Shown piece by piece: positions 10,077 to 20,948 of a stretch of DNA of 64,000 nucleotides. Numbering within the stretch: position 1 is the stretch's first letter; every line of letters starts with the position of its first letter. The notes under the pieces are model-generated. The model ran no database searches, was not told the origin of the DNA, and was given only the letters and a program-made list of their open reading frames with translations. Position numbers and translations under genes: made by a program. This DNA is from Pelagomonas calceolata (Eukaryota): assembly GCA_918797485.1 (NCBI GenBank), contig CAKKNE010000006.1, positions 558,001-622,000 on the forward strand, given 5' to 3'.

Positions 10077-11780
10077 TTAACCCACATGCTGCGAACGCGC
10101 CCGCAGCGGCCCGAGCACCTCGGCCGGCAAAGCGGCCAACACCGCGTCCATGTGACGCCGCGCGTAGTTGCCCGGAGGTACACTTCCGGTCCCCGACAGG
10201 GCCCGACGCGTCTCCGACGCCGCGTCGCGCCGCTGGTGTTTCCTAGCTTCGGTCAGCTTCCGAGCTAGAGTGACGTTTTGCTTCGCCAAAAAAAATTCCG
10301 AGCTCAGTTGCGAGTAGAAGTCGACGGCCTCGGAATGTAATTTTCGCGCAAATAAGTAGCACGGTGAGGCTCGCTCTGACTTCTTGTCCGTGACGAGGCC
10401 GCACCGCAGCTTCTCCGGTCGGTACGCGCCTCGGAAGATCCGCGCGGGTCGTGACGCGGCCACTTCTTCGTCGTCATCCGCAGGCCCCGTCGCGCCGACG
10501 TCGAACGCACACAATTCGTGGAGTTTCTCCAAAGTCTCCATGGACAAGGCCCCGAACTGCACGGCGTGCCACTCGCTGCTTTCGAGGCGGAACGGCCTTT
10601 CCCCGCCGTCGCCCCAGACCGTCACGTGGTCCTTGATCCCGAAGCGCGCGAAGGTCAGCGACACCGGTAATACACTCCTTTCTTCGTTGGCCATCGCGAG
10701 CGACGTCTGGACGTAGTGCTCGTCGGCGAAGGGTGGCTTCTGGATCGTATGCGATATTCTCCCCCAGTCGCCGAGCTGGTCCCGCAGCTTCCGTCGTCGT
10801 AATTGTTTTCTAGCGAACGCGACGTACCACTTGCGGATGCCGTTCTGGTTGGCGAGCTTCTGAGCATGTGATCTGGTAAGCGCAAACCACTGCGAGCCCT
10901 TCCTCCAATCTTGTACGTGCGGTCGCGTCGTGTTTCTGAACTCGTAGAGCGTCGAAAAGCGCATGTCAGACTTCTTCGTTTCCAGGAAACTGAGCTCAGA
11001 CGCAAACAACACGGAATAAGTGCACTCGAAGGGCCAGAGCGGCACGTCCGTCTCACTGAGGAGGACGAAGCGTTCGTTCGCCGGATCTCGCAGCGCGTAG
11101 GACAACAAAACTAACTCGGCATGGACCATCTGCAAGGACGCCCACTTCACTTCATAGCGATGCTCCTGCTTGATCACATGGTCCTCGAAGAAGTGGCCTG
11201 CCGGGAAGGCGAAGCCGCGCGGCGGATGTACATATATAGAAGAGCGTTTCTTCGCTTCATCGCTCGCGAAAAAACTCCGCCAGATGGGCTCCGTCGCGAC
11301 GTTGGAACCGACCAAGAAGAGGAACGCTACTTTCTTCTCCTGTACTGGTAACAAAGCCTTCGGTCGGTACTGCCAGGCATTCAGGACTGTGTCATACAAT
11401 GCCGAGGCGAAGCCAGGAACCACTCTAGGCGGCCAGGCCTTGCACAGCTCCTCCGTGATCTTGGCGACCAACGCGTCGCTAAAAGCTTCCTTGGACATGT
11501 CCTTCGTGAGCTGCGGTAGATCGCGCTTATCTAGAATCCAGGCGCCGTGCTTGACATTTAACAGTCGTCTCGCATCAGGTAAAGGCACCCAGGGCCCCTG
11601 CTTCTCGAACTCGCTGTAGGTTACCGGTTTCGGCGCTTTGTAGGACTTCGTCGTGTGCTTCGGCCGTCTCAGGAGGACCCATGCGGTGGTCGACGCGGCG
11701 GTGGCGACGATGGTGCCGAGGACGCAGGCGATTCTCCGTGCTCTTCTCCGGCGGTGTTTCAGCGGTTCGCGCGCCGCCAT
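10077..11780 (-). CDS. Core-2/I-branching (GT14-like/DUF266) glycosyltransferase, type II membrane
   Basis: KVAFLFL, SIYVH, VKWASLQMVHAELVLLSYALRDPANERFVLLSETDVPL, WRKGSQWFALTRSHA, DEHY motifs. Confidence 0.85.
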   Translation of the reverse strand: MAAREPLKHRRRRARRIACVLGTIVATAASTTAWVLLRRPKHTTKSYKAPKPVTYSEFEKQGPWVPLPDARRLLNVKHGAWILDKRDLPQLTKDMSKEAFSDALVAKITEELCKAWPPRVVPGFASALYDTVLNAWQYRPKALLPVQEKKVAFLFLVGSNVATEPIWRSFFASDEAKKRSSIYVHPPRGFAFPAGHFFEDHVIKQEHRYEVKWASLQMVHAELVLLSYALRDPANERFVLLSETDVPLWPFECTYSVLFASELSFLETKKSDMRFSTLYEFRNTTRPHVQDWRKGSQWFALTRSHAQKLANQNGIRKWYVAFARKQLRRRKLRDQLGDWGRISHTIQKPPFADEHYVQTSLAMANEERSVLPVSLTFARFGIKDHVTVWGDGGERPFRLESSEWHAVQFGALSMETLEKLHELCAFDVGATGPADDDEEVAASRPARIFRGAYRPEKLRCGLVTDKKSERASPCYLFARKLHSEAVDFYSQLSSEFFLAKQNVTLARKLTEARKHQRRDAASETRRALSGTGSVPPGNYARRHMDAVLAALPAEVLGPLRARSQHVG

Positions 11781-12046
11781 CGCGTTGCGTCGACGGCGTT
11801 CAGCAGCGCTGCTCCAGAGGTGTTGCAGAGCAGCGCGCGCCGCGAAGCGATGGTCCAGTCGATCAGTGCGGATGCTGCGACGGCGTAATGATGCCGCTAG
11901 CTCATCTATGCTGTCGCGAGCTGCGAGCAATTTTTTTTTTGCAGCTAAAAACCCGTGTAGACGGGTTTTCTCTCTACGTGTGTTGCCGTGGGTATTGGGC
12001 GAGCCATTATTTCCAGAGGATCGCTATGTTGTAACCATTACACACT

Positions 12047-12410
12047 CTACGGCGGCGGTGGCGACGGCGGCGTCTCGCGGGCGCGGAGCGCGGCTCGCGA
12101 CCTTTGCAGTTCCCGCTCAAGCGTCTTTGTGAACGGGTGCGCGCCGCCGAGGACGCGCCGCGCGATCCGTTCCGACTCCTCGAGCGTCGCCACGGCCTCG
12201 CGGAGATCGTCGAGTGTGGCGGTGGAGTCATGGTAGAGCGCCCGCGCGTAAACCCATCCCATCCTAAGCGTGAGATCATTGCCCTCCCCGAGAGCGCGTC
12301 GCGCCACGGGTATCGCTTTGCGAAACAGCGACTTGGCTTCTTCGAAGCGCTGTAAACTACAAAGGGTTGTTGCGAGGTTATTGACAGATATGAGGGTATC
12401 CCTATGTCCG
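12047..12410 (-). pseudogene. 5'-truncated fragment of a kinesin-light-chain-type TPR gene
   Basis: TLISVNNLATTL..RFEEAKSLFRKAIPVARRALG..ATLDDLREAVATLEESERIARRVLGGAHP. No start codon; abuts an oppositely oriented paralogous fragment. Confidence 0.6.
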
Positions 12411-12412
12411 GT

Positions 12413-12580
12413 GCCACCCTCGACGATCTCCGCGAGGCCGTGACGACGCTCGAAGACTCGCAACGGATCGCAAGGCGCGTGTTTGGCGGCGCGCACCCGC
12501 TCACGATGGGGATTGAGGGCAGCTTGCAAGACGCGCGAGCCGCGCTCCGCGCCCGCGAAACGCCGCCGAAGAGGGCGTAA
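12413..12580 (+). pseudogene. Second 5'-truncated TPR C-terminal fragment (inverted paralog)
   Basis: Translates ATLDDLREAVTTLEDSQRIARRVFGGAHPLTMGIEGSLQDARAALRARETPPKRA*. Inverted homolog of 12066-12220. Confidence 0.65.
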
Positions 12581-12597
12581 AAACAAAACACAATTAC

Positions 12598-13959
12598 TCA
12601 CTTCAAGACCCCCGGGCACGCCGCCTCCACCAGCAGCCGCGCGACGGCCGCCGTCGTCGCGGACCCAAAGTGCCGCATGTCGCCGGCCTCGAGGGGGTCG
12701 TCGAAGGCCAAGGCAGACGGCGCGAAGACGTCGACGACCGCTATACCAAGCTTCGCCGCCGCGCGCGCCGCCGCCGCGTTCGCTTCCACCACTCTTGGTG
12801 AAGTCATCGCGCGCTTGGCCCGCGCCGCACTTAAGGGCACGTCGACGGCGCGGTGCGCCCCCTGCAGTTTTATGGAAGAACCCGCGCGCGGGCACGCCGA
12901 CCGGCCCAGAAAATGCTCCGGAAATACGTCTGTTGTCGCCGCTAAAACGACTCGATGGAACTTCTGCGACGCAAACCGCAGGACCTGCTCCACGGCGGCC
13001 TCATAGGAAGCCGAGCGGCCGTAGGCGACCTGCCACAGGCCCGCGACGTTAATCACCAAAACCTTGGAAGAAGGAGCCTTCCGTAATTGCTCAAGATGCG
13101 CCGAGACATTCACGGCGGTGCCCCGCAGCGGCGTGTAGGACACGTGGTGCTTCCTCCCCAATTCACATTGCAGGAAGAACGAGACATGTCTCATTATGCT
13201 GTCGCCCGCAAAAACGACGTCACGAACACATTTCCCGAGGTTCGTCATCGTCAGCGTTTTTGGTGGTTTGCAATTTTGAGCGTACGCGCGCGTGATGGGC
13301 TCCATCTTGCGGTAGGGCGCGAAGAAGCTCTCGTAGCCGCACGCCGGTCTCCTATCTTTTCTACCGAAGATAGCTCTATCTGAAGCGACCCAGCGCGGCG
13401 CGTCGCAGGCATCATCTTTGATGTTTTTGAGGGCCTTCTGCGCTTGTATCGCTAATGAATGTGTCCCTCTTGTTGTCTTCTCTTTCGCGGTCGAGGGCCT
13501 CCGCGAAGGAAGCTTGAGCGTGACGTCCGCTAGATTCACACCGAGGAACGGGAGCGGTTCGTTGTCATCTATTCTTTTGGGGTCTCTTAAAGCTGCTTGT
13601 TCGGAAGTATAGTCGGCAAACAGCTGTACATGTATCGAGGTCGCACCGGCATGGCCTTTCGCGACGGCTAGAACGCATGCTTCGCTACCGCAGGGTATCC
13701 TTCGTGTTTCCACCGCGGATCGAGAAAGGAACTTTCCAGAAGCGTCCAGGGACGTGGCTCGAGCGCTTGTGACGACGTCTCGCGGCACCGCGGCGATGAC
13801 CGCGACGTTGCCCTTCACCGCGGCGGCGCCCCAATTGGTGGAGAGGCAGTCCTTTTGAGTTGTGTCCTTTTGGGCTTTGCTGTTGTAGGTGAGGCCGACT
13901 GCTGCGGCGGCGGCTGCCACTACGGCCAGGCAGCTCAGGGCTCGGCGCAGGCCGGCCAT
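12598..13959 (-). CDS. Signal-anchored SGNH/PC-esterase-like protein
   Basis: N-terminal hydrophobic segment; VFAGDSIMRH (GDS) and C-terminal GDMRHF (DxxH). Confidence 0.65.
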   Translation of the reverse strand: MAGLRRALSCLAVVAAAAAAVGLTYNSKAQKDTTQKDCLSTNWGAAAVKGNVAVIAAVPRDVVTSARATSLDASGKFLSRSAVETRRIPCGSEACVLAVAKGHAGATSIHVQLFADYTSEQAALRDPKRIDDNEPLPFLGVNLADVTLKLPSRRPSTAKEKTTRGTHSLAIQAQKALKNIKDDACDAPRWVASDRAIFGRKDRRPACGYESFFAPYRKMEPITRAYAQNCKPPKTLTMTNLGKCVRDVVFAGDSIMRHVSFFLQCELGRKHHVSYTPLRGTAVNVSAHLEQLRKAPSSKVLVINVAGLWQVAYGRSASYEAAVEQVLRFASQKFHRVVLAATTDVFPEHFLGRSACPRAGSSIKLQGAHRAVDVPLSAARAKRAMTSPRVVEANAAAARAAAKLGIAVVDVFAPSALAFDDPLEAGDMRHFGSATTAAVARLLVEAACPGVLK

Positions 13960-14061
13960 GGCTGACTGGCTTCAATGGATCAATTCGTAACTCTTGGGCA
14001 ATGCCTGAGCATGCCTGCGCTGTTCGCACGCGGCAATATTAAATTTTCGCATGGATGCTAA

Positions 14062-14082
14062 CTAGCGTCGTAAAGACACTAG
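14062..14082. promoter_or_regulatory. CTAG-bounded conserved upstream element (copy 2), divergent promoter
   Basis: CTAGCGTCGTAAAGACACTAG between 13959(-) and 14253(+). Confidence 0.65.
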
Positions 14083-14252
14083 CCCGCATCGATTGTCCGC
14101 CCGCCTTAGCCGTGCACACTGATCGCCAGCGCCTCGTCGTAGTCGCATCGATGCAACCTCCAGCGCTGCGCAGAGATCGGCAGTCGTGCGACTCGCCACT
14201 GCTGTGAAAATGGGCACATTGTGAGAGCACCACTTTTTACGCCATCGAAGCG

Positions 14253-15266
14253 ATGGCTGCACGCTGTCGCGGCTACCTCGCCGGCTTGCAAAGCTGGGTC
14301 TCGCCTCGAACTCGTCAAACATTGCTCGGCGGCGAACCTTTTGGTAGCTTCGAGCATTCGTACGACGCGCTCGGCGGCGTCGACAACGCGGACCTACTCG
14401 CCTTCGAGGCCGACCTAAAATCAACACGCGGCTGGGAGTTCAAATACGGGTCGCGGAACTGGAGCGTCGTCGAAGCCGGCGGCGTGCGCGCTCTGCTCAA
14501 CAACGAGGCGCCGGCGGCCGTTCAGAGCAGCATTCGCGTCGACGGCGGCCCGCCGCCCCTCTCCGGCCCGCTCGGGTCCGCTGTGGGCGGCCTCGGCCTC
14601 GCTGCACCCCTGTACAAGTCGGCGGGTTTCGGTGGGTGGGGGAAAAAGCCGGCTGTGCTGCTCCTGGGCGGCGGCGGCTGCGCGTTACCACCCGTCCTTC
14701 GCGACGCGCTAGGAGCGACCGTGACAGCGGTGGAGCCGGACGATGAAGTTCGGAGCATCGCGCGCGAGTATTTTGGGGCGCCCGCGGAGTTGACCGGCGA
14801 CGACGCGGCCGAGGGCGCGCCCGCGGTGCCAACGCCTGGAAGTTGGGGCCACCTCGTCGGCGGCTGCGGCGCCACGGCGGTGACGGAGGCGCGCGATGGC
14901 AGTTTTGACATTGTTGTTGTCGACGCCGCGGACGGTGGGAATGCGCCGCCTGACGCGTTGGCGTCGCCTGCGTTCTTCGCGGATGTAGGTCGAGTTCTCG
15001 CTCCGAGGACGGCGGTCCTGGCCGTCAATCTGGTCGCCCGGGACGCCGAGACCCTGACGCGTGTACGCGACGCGGCGGCCGGCGTCGGCGGCGAGCTGTT
15101 TGAATGTGAGCTGCCGGCGCCGCTCGTTGCGGAAGGATCTCCCGATTTCGCGCGGCTCCTGTTCGCGGTCCGCGGCTATGATACGTCACCGTTGTGGGGG
15201 CATCCGCTCCTCGCGCACGTTGATGAGTCGGAGTTGTGGATGACAGGGTTCCGGGGTCTTGTGTAA
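14253..15266 (+). CDS. Class I SAM-dependent methyltransferase (spermidine-synthase-like/METTL13 C-terminal-like)
   Basis: VLLLGGGGCALP, VTAVEPD..V..IAREYFG, FDIVVVDA, LAVNL motifs. Confidence 0.7.
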   Translation: MAARCRGYLAGLQSWVSPRTRQTLLGGEPFGSFEHSYDALGGVDNADLLAFEADLKSTRGWEFKYGSRNWSVVEAGGVRALLNNEAPAAVQSSIRVDGGPPPLSGPLGSAVGGLGLAAPLYKSAGFGGWGKKPAVLLLGGGGCALPPVLRDALGATVTAVEPDDEVRSIAREYFGAPAELTGDDAAEGAPAVPTPGSWGHLVGGCGATAVTEARDGSFDIVVVDAADGGNAPPDALASPAFFADVGRVLAPRTAVLAVNLVARDAETLTRVRDAAAGVGGELFECELPAPLVAEGSPDFARLLFAVRGYDTSPLWGHPLLAHVDESELWMTGFRGLV

Positions 15267-15312
15267 CGTTGTTTTGTTGACTCGTGCGACTGCGACGACG
15301 GCTTTGAACTTG

Positions 15313-15333
15313 CTAGTGTCTTCATGCCGCTAG
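15313..15333. promoter_or_regulatory. CTAG-bounded conserved element (copy 3)
   Basis: CTAGTGTCTTCATGCCGCTAG immediately upstream of the small ORF at 15340. Confidence 0.6.
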
Positions 15334-15339
15334 CATTAT

Positions 15340-15669
15340 GTGGGGCACGCGCACATCGAAGCATTGACACGCACCATCGAGCACCAACGCGCCGGGGAAG
15401 AGCTGAGGTTCAACAGAGACTCAGACACGCCCTGCGGGCCGGGGCCCAACGCGGCGCCGGCGGAGGGTGGCGGCGGCGGTTCCAAGAAAAAGAAGAAGTC
15501 GTCGAACGACTCGCTGGCGCTCGGGCTCGGCCTCGGGTTGGGTTTGGGCGGCTTGCTGTTGATCGGGCTCGTCGCCATGCTCTGTATGTCCAAAAAGAAG
15601 TCTCCGACGTCGACGCGCGACGCGGACGTCGAGAACGAGATGGTCAAGACGGGCGCAGCCATGTCCTGA
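15340..15669 (+). CDS. Small single-TM ORF or gene fragment (no ATG start)
   Basis: KKKKK-SSNDS-LALGLGLGLGLGGLLLIGLVAMLC-MSKKK resembles the C-terminal TM tail of a larger surface protein. Coding-like codon usage. Confidence 0.35.
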   Translation: MGHAHIEALTRTIEHQRAGEELRFNRDSDTPCGPGPNAAPAEGGGGGSKKKKKSSNDSLALGLGLGLGLGGLLLIGLVAMLCMSKKKSPTSTRDADVENEMVKTGAAMS

Positions 15670-15853
15670 GCGCGTCTCCATTTGCCCATGTTCCCCCCTA
15701 CCTCCTCCTCTGAGTAACGACTGTCCTCTCGGAGTGTACTTCGGAGTTCTACTCCGAGTGAGTCCGGCGAGCCAGTCCTGGGAGCCATCTTCCTTGCCAG
15801 AGTGTCCACTACGCGGCGACGTCCGGAGGCGAAGATAGATACAATAAGTTACT

Positions 15854-16339
15854 CTACTGGGGACGAGGAGCCCCCTCCGGCACCGGCGCGACCTCCGTGC
15901 GCACGCCGTAAAGGCGCTTGTGCTGCGCGTCGGGATCCTGGACGAAGGAGCCGTGCGCCACGTGGAGCACGCCCGTCAGCGTCGCAAATCCAACAGTCAG
16001 CGCCATCATGTGGCCGAACGTCTTCTGGCGCAGTCCAACAGCTAGACCCGCGGACGCGCCGCCGCAGATGGCCGGCACGACGTCGTCGCGGCCCGTTGCC
16101 GCCTTGGCGGCGGCCTCGCCAATGGAGAAAGCTGCCGCGACGCCGGCAAAGATCAAGGCCTGGCCGCCGACGTGCTTCCACATCGTGCGCAAGCTCGGCA
16201 GCGCGTCCTGCCTTATTTCAATACCATCAAGCTTGTTGGTCGGCGGCGCGGTCCAGGCGGAGACGACGGAGCCGTACATGCCGCCGACGCCGGCACCGAC
16301 CATCGTGTTCATGATCAAGCCCGGTTTGTCGGCGCCCAT
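15854..16339 (-). CDS. Tim17/Tim22/Tim23 family mitochondrial membrane protein
   Basis: Glycine-zipper TM helices; FAGVAAAFSIGE...GRDDVVPAICGGASAG family signature. Confidence 0.8.
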   Translation of the reverse strand: MGADKPGLIMNTMVGAGVGGMYGSVVSAWTAPPTNKLDGIEIRQDALPSLRTMWKHVGGQALIFAGVAAAFSIGEAAAKAATGRDDVVPAICGGASAGLAVGLRQKTFGHMMALTVGFATLTGVLHVAHGSFVQDPDAQHKRLYGVRTEVAPVPEGAPRPQ

Positions 16340-16766
16340 GGTGGTGCTTGTGGCTGCTTGCCCGCGAGGCTGTGTCTAGGCCGCTACGGTAGCCGCTGCG
16401 GCGGCGCCGTACCGGTGCGGTGCGCGCGCCGACGGCGTGGGGTGGCTGGGAGCGCTGCACCCTGTAACTTTGCCGCTGCGTGTCGCGGCGCGCTCTGGTC
16501 TTTTGCGGCCGACTGAAAACTTCAGCGAGGGCTGCAAACCGAGCGAAAACCAGCCGCAGCGTCGTCCACGGGCTCGAAAAGCTCCTGTCCTCAAAACTAG
16601 CATCAGGTTGTACGGGTTTTCTGCGATTTTGGGATTTGCTCCCATGGGGCGCGGCTACCCTTCCCCTCCTCCGTTTGGATGGTTCGGACGGTTTGTGTGC
16701 AGTTCTACACCGTGCAGACAGCCCGGGGGCTGCCAGGCTCTCAGTCTTGTTTTGTTTTGAAATGCC

Positions 16767-18404
16767 ATGGCTGCCCAGACATCACGCATGGAAAGCGTGG
16801 CTCTCTCGCGTGTGTCCGAAGCTCCTGCAACGACGCTTAAGAAAGCAATGGAGATCCTCGTGGATTGCGGCCAAGGCGAGGCAGTCATTGCTGCCCTGGA
16901 CGAGGCACAGCAATCGCAGCAGGCGGATGACAACCTCGCGCGGCTTTGCCAGCAGACGCTTGACCACATCGCGCGCGAGAAGGTCGACCGCGCGGCCGTC
17001 GGCGAGCAGCTGCTGCGCAAGGCGCCCGCGGACCTCGTCGGCGAGATCCAAGGTTTCGCGGCGCCGGCGCCGACGGAGCCGCGCCGCGTGCGCCAGAAGC
17101 GCGAACGCGATGCCGCGGAAGCGAACGAGCGCCGGAACGAGCGCCGGAGCGTGGCGGCGCGACCCCTGCTGGAGCTGCTGCGCCGCAGGCGTCATGAGGG
17201 CCACGTGAACATCAAATCTGTCGAAGCAGTGCTCCTGGACGCGGCCGAGGACGAGCCGCTCGACGCTGACGCGATCGATTCACGGAGGCTGCTCAGCTGT
17301 GCCCCGTCCGATCCCGTCGGGGCGTGGCTGGACGCAGTCACGATCCCGCGGCCGCCAGCTGCAGGGGAAAAACGGTGGGTCGACGACTTTGGCTACGGTA
17401 TGGAGCATGAGGCGATTTCGCTGCTCTACGCGGCATGCTCGTTAGGCGACCTCGAGACGGTCAAACTCTTCCTGAGGCACGGGGCCTGCGTCCACGCGGG
17501 CTCCCGCCATAATGATTGCGGGCGAGCCAACAAAGGCCATCCGCTCGAGGGCGCGCTCGGTCCCCCTGGCCGCTCGCCCGCGTGCGCCCTTGCGATCTTG
17601 GACGCCTGGATGGTAGACGATGACACCGGGCTCAGCGGCTACCCGGACAGCGACGGTAGCGAGCCATACCTTGACGACGACAGCACGCTCCGGCGGAATC
17701 CGTTGCATGACGCGTGCCGTCTGGACGACGACGCGGACGCCCTCACGGTCGCGAAAAAGCTCGTAGAGCTCGGGGCCCGCGTCGACGCCACCACTGGCGA
17801 CAGTCTACGTCCGCTCCACATCGCCTGCGAGCGCGGCCACGCGAAGCTCGTGGCGTTCCTGCTGCGCGAGGGCGCCGACCCGGCGGCTCCCGGCGAGCAA
17901 TTCGAGTTCGACGACGAGACGGGCATCGACTTCATGCTGCAACTCAACGCATGCGGGACACCGCTGGAGATTTGCGAGGCATATGGATACGAGGACTGCG
18001 CGGGTATGATTCGGAAGGCCCTCGGCAAGGCTGCGCCGACCGAGCCGACGACCCCGGACGCCTACCGCCGGGACCTCGAGACCGTCCGTGCGTGCGTCGG
18101 CCGCGATTTCTGGCGGTACTACGGTCTGAAGGGCAAGGGGATCGGACACCACAGGAGGATAGCGAGCGATGACGCCTTCCCCAAGACGACACCAAGTGAC
18201 GTCGACTCGGCGTTCAGACGGCTCAAAGACCAGGTTTTTGAATTGAGGGAGTATCAGGCGCGGCGGCGCGAGCCCGAGCTCTACGCGAAGTGGGAGGCCT
18301 GGGAGAAGTCGGAGGCGGGCCTCGCGTGGCGGCGTGGGGGGGATTATGAGAGCGACTCTGATTCGGATCCGTTCGCCGGTCCGTTCGGCACGCCCGACTA
18401 TTAA
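16767..18404 (+). CDS. Ankyrin-repeat protein
   Basis: LLYAACSLGDLETVKLFLRHGA, NPLHDAC, RPLHIACERGHAKLVAFLLREGADP, TPLEIC. Confidence 0.85.
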   Translation: MAAQTSRMESVALSRVSEAPATTLKKAMEILVDCGQGEAVIAALDEAQQSQQADDNLARLCQQTLDHIAREKVDRAAVGEQLLRKAPADLVGEIQGFAAPAPTEPRRVRQKRERDAAEANERRNERRSVAARPLLELLRRRRHEGHVNIKSVEAVLLDAAEDEPLDADAIDSRRLLSCAPSDPVGAWLDAVTIPRPPAAGEKRWVDDFGYGMEHEAISLLYAACSLGDLETVKLFLRHGACVHAGSRHNDCGRANKGHPLEGALGPPGRSPACALAILDAWMVDDDTGLSGYPDSDGSEPYLDDDSTLRRNPLHDACRLDDDADALTVAKKLVELGARVDATTGDSLRPLHIACERGHAKLVAFLLREGADPAAPGEQFEFDDETGIDFMLQLNACGTPLEICEAYGYEDCAGMIRKALGKAAPTEPTTPDAYRRDLETVRACVGRDFWRYYGLKGKGIGHHRRIASDDAFPKTTPSDVDSAFRRLKDQVFELREYQARRREPELYAKWEAWEKSEAGLAWRRGGDYESDSDSDPFAGPFGTPDY

Positions 18405-18469
18405 CTGATTTTTTGTAAGTTCACTCGGTCCGCGCGGATGACGAGTTTCTGAGACTGGATTATTTTTAC

Positions 18470-18486
18470 GGTGCTAGGACTAGTGG
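18470..18486 (+). promoter_or_regulatory. Second upstream motif GGTGCTAGGACTAGTGG (copy A)
   Basis: 17/17 identical to 38151-38167; about 210 bp upstream of ATG 18698. Confidence 0.45.
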
Positions 18487-18697
18487 GCGTGACGCGCGGA
18501 GCAGCCTAGCGACAGAGGTACTAGAAGTGGAGGTGCTTCTCGCGCGCGCACAAATTGGGCAGCAATTGGGTAGCACGAGTGCAGCAAACGGCTCGTGGAG
18601 CCGCGCCGTAGCCTCCTCAAAAAAACGCACGACCACAGTTCGAGGCAGTAGACGCTGACACAAAATAAAAGACAGGAGCCTCTTGGGCAGCCCCACC

Positions 18698-20867
18698 ATG
18701 CAACGGCGCCCCCCCAGCTCGCCGATAACGACACCGCCTCCCGGATACTTCGATCCACCACCGCCGCCGCCGCGTCCGCCGCCGGGCGCGCCGTTGCCGC
18801 CCAGACCACCTGGTCCACCGCCGTATCAACCACCGCCTGGCGCGTTCCTGGCCTTTCCGCCGCCGCCACCACCACCACCTATGACGTCGCCCTTCGCCGC
18901 GGCCCTCGCCGAGTTCCCACCGCCGCCGCCGCCCCTCGACGCCCCGGGAGCACCGCCGCTCGAGTCGTCGCGCATTTTGCAGTCGCCGCTCGAGCCTCGG
19001 CCCGTGCCGCCGCCGCCGCGCACGCCGCCACCCGGCAGCAACCCCTGGGACCGGCCGCCCGGGAGCCCGCAGACGCTGCTCTTCCGGACGCCGCCGCCGG
19101 GACCTCCACCGGGCCCGCCTCCCTTATCAGCTTTCAGGACGCCGGGCGGGCCCGGTATCCCGGGCCCGCCGCCCGGACCGCCGCCGCTCAGCGCCCTCCC
19201 GGGCCCTCCGCCGTTGCCCGGGCCGCCACCGTCGCAACCGCCTCCAATACCGGAGCCGCGCGTGCTGCCGCCCTCGCCGTCGCTCGCCACGACGCCGTCG
19301 AGGCCGGTCGACGAGGACGCCGCCGTCCACGAAGCGCGAACAGCATTAGATGAATACGACGCAAAGGTAGCCAAGGAGGCTTCCAGTAGAGACAACGCGT
19401 CCATCTCGTTACTCATAAGAGCCCTCCTCGACGCGTCGGAACGACGCGCGCGGGACGACGCCTGGGCCGAAGCTATTATAAGGGACGCCGTGGCCTGCTA
19501 CGCGGGCGAGGACGGGAAGTGGGGTTTGAGGGAGTGGCGGTGCTTCTGCCGCGATGCGCGCCTCGAGGAGCCGACGCCGGCGCCCGAGCTCATCTGGCTC
19601 ACGTTGTACGATCGGGCGGCGACGTCGGGCGGCGGGTGTGCGCTGACGCGCGTCGTGCGCGCGGGCATTGCCGACGAGCGCGCCGACGAGATGCAAGTCG
19701 TGGAGCTCGTCGAAGCGCTGAGCGCGGCGCATCTTGCCGCTCGTTCCATGACCGAGGATATTGATCAATTCACGTGGCGCTTGTTGGCGCCGTGTGCCGC
19801 GCGCCATCGGAACGGAGGCGGGCCCGGCGACGCGCGGAAGCTCGGCGCGTGCGACGGCCGGACGCTCGACGTCATTCTGGAATCACTACCGGCGTTGTGG
19901 GTGCTCTTCGGGGCCTACGCGCGCGACGGGCATAATAAGAGGGCGCCGCAGGACTTTCTGGACGCGTTCCCGCTGAGCGTGCGTTTTGCCGCGTCCTATT
20001 TCCGTCGTTTCCCTACCGCTTCGTGCCTATCGACGCGACGCATCTTGCGACCTCCGCGTCGATGGCGTCTCTATCCCCTCCACACGTCGCCGACGCGACC
20101 GCTTCCCGTCCGCCGTCTGTCTTTCCCTATCGCTTCGTACATATCGACGCGACTCGTCTTGCGAGCTCCGCGGCGATGGCGTCGAACCCACACAGGCCAA
20201 GGTCGCGGAGAAGGCCGCCTCGGGCGCGGGCGACGGCGACGCCGCCTTCGAGCGGGAATTACGACGGGACGGCGTCGCGCCCGCCGACTACGCACTTTCA
20301 TTGACGCCGCAGCGCTTCGTACTGCTGTGCGACGACGTCGGGCTCTCGGACGTCTGCGCGCCCGGCCAAGCGCTGGCCTGCGCGAAGCGCGCGAGAGTGG
20401 CGCGTGCAGCGAGCTCGCCCAAGCAAGCGCCGCAGCGCGCCGCCTTCCAGTCTCCCCTCCTGAAAACAACCGCGGCACAGCGGCTCCGGGAGCGGGCCGT
20501 CGCGAAGCGGCGCCAGGAGCGGACGAGGGAGACGGACACGAACCTCGCCTTCACGTGTTCTTCGTATCGAGCCGCGCCGCGGCCGCGACCTCCCACCGCG
20601 ACGACGCCGCGCCTCGCGAAGGTGAAAGGACTGTCGTTCTGCGAGTTCGTCGAGGCTTTGGTAAGCCTCGGTGACGCCGCCCTCGCGGCCGACGCGCACC
20701 TGCGGAGCCTCTACCCGTCGCCGCCCGAGCGCTGCCGCGCCATCTTCGACGTCTGGTGCCTCGCGGACGTCTGCGACGAGGTCGCCGCTCAAGCTGTCGC
20801 GAGCGCGCCTCGGCCGCGGTGGCGGAGTTCTTTTGCCGCGCGGCCGACGCGCGTTTCTCGCAGCTAG
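18698..20867 (+). CDS. Proline-rich hypothetical protein with EF-hand/p25-like helical segments; 2 exons (intron 19979-20195)
   Basis: A 217-nt GTGCGT..CACACAG intron joins ORF 18683 to ORF 19986 in frame (FPLS|AKVAEK). 'LSFCEFVEAL' motif. Confidence 0.7.
19979..20195 (+). mobile_element. 217-nt introner-related intron with internal ~62-nt direct duplication
   Basis: Core-motif variants. 20008-20068 is repeated at 20122-20183. Ends in CACACAG like the family TIR. Confidence 0.7.
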
Positions 20868-20948
20868 CGTAAAGACGCTTAGCATCAAAATACGCGCTGT
20901 GGCGCAAAAGATAACCGCACAAACAACAAAACACACACTTAGCCTACC

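Noticed and set aside
20864..20882. CTAGCGTAAAGACGCTTAG as an eleventh copy of the upstream element
   Set aside because: Shorter, lacks the terminal CTAG, overlaps a stop codon in a convergent region. Kept only as a possible exception.
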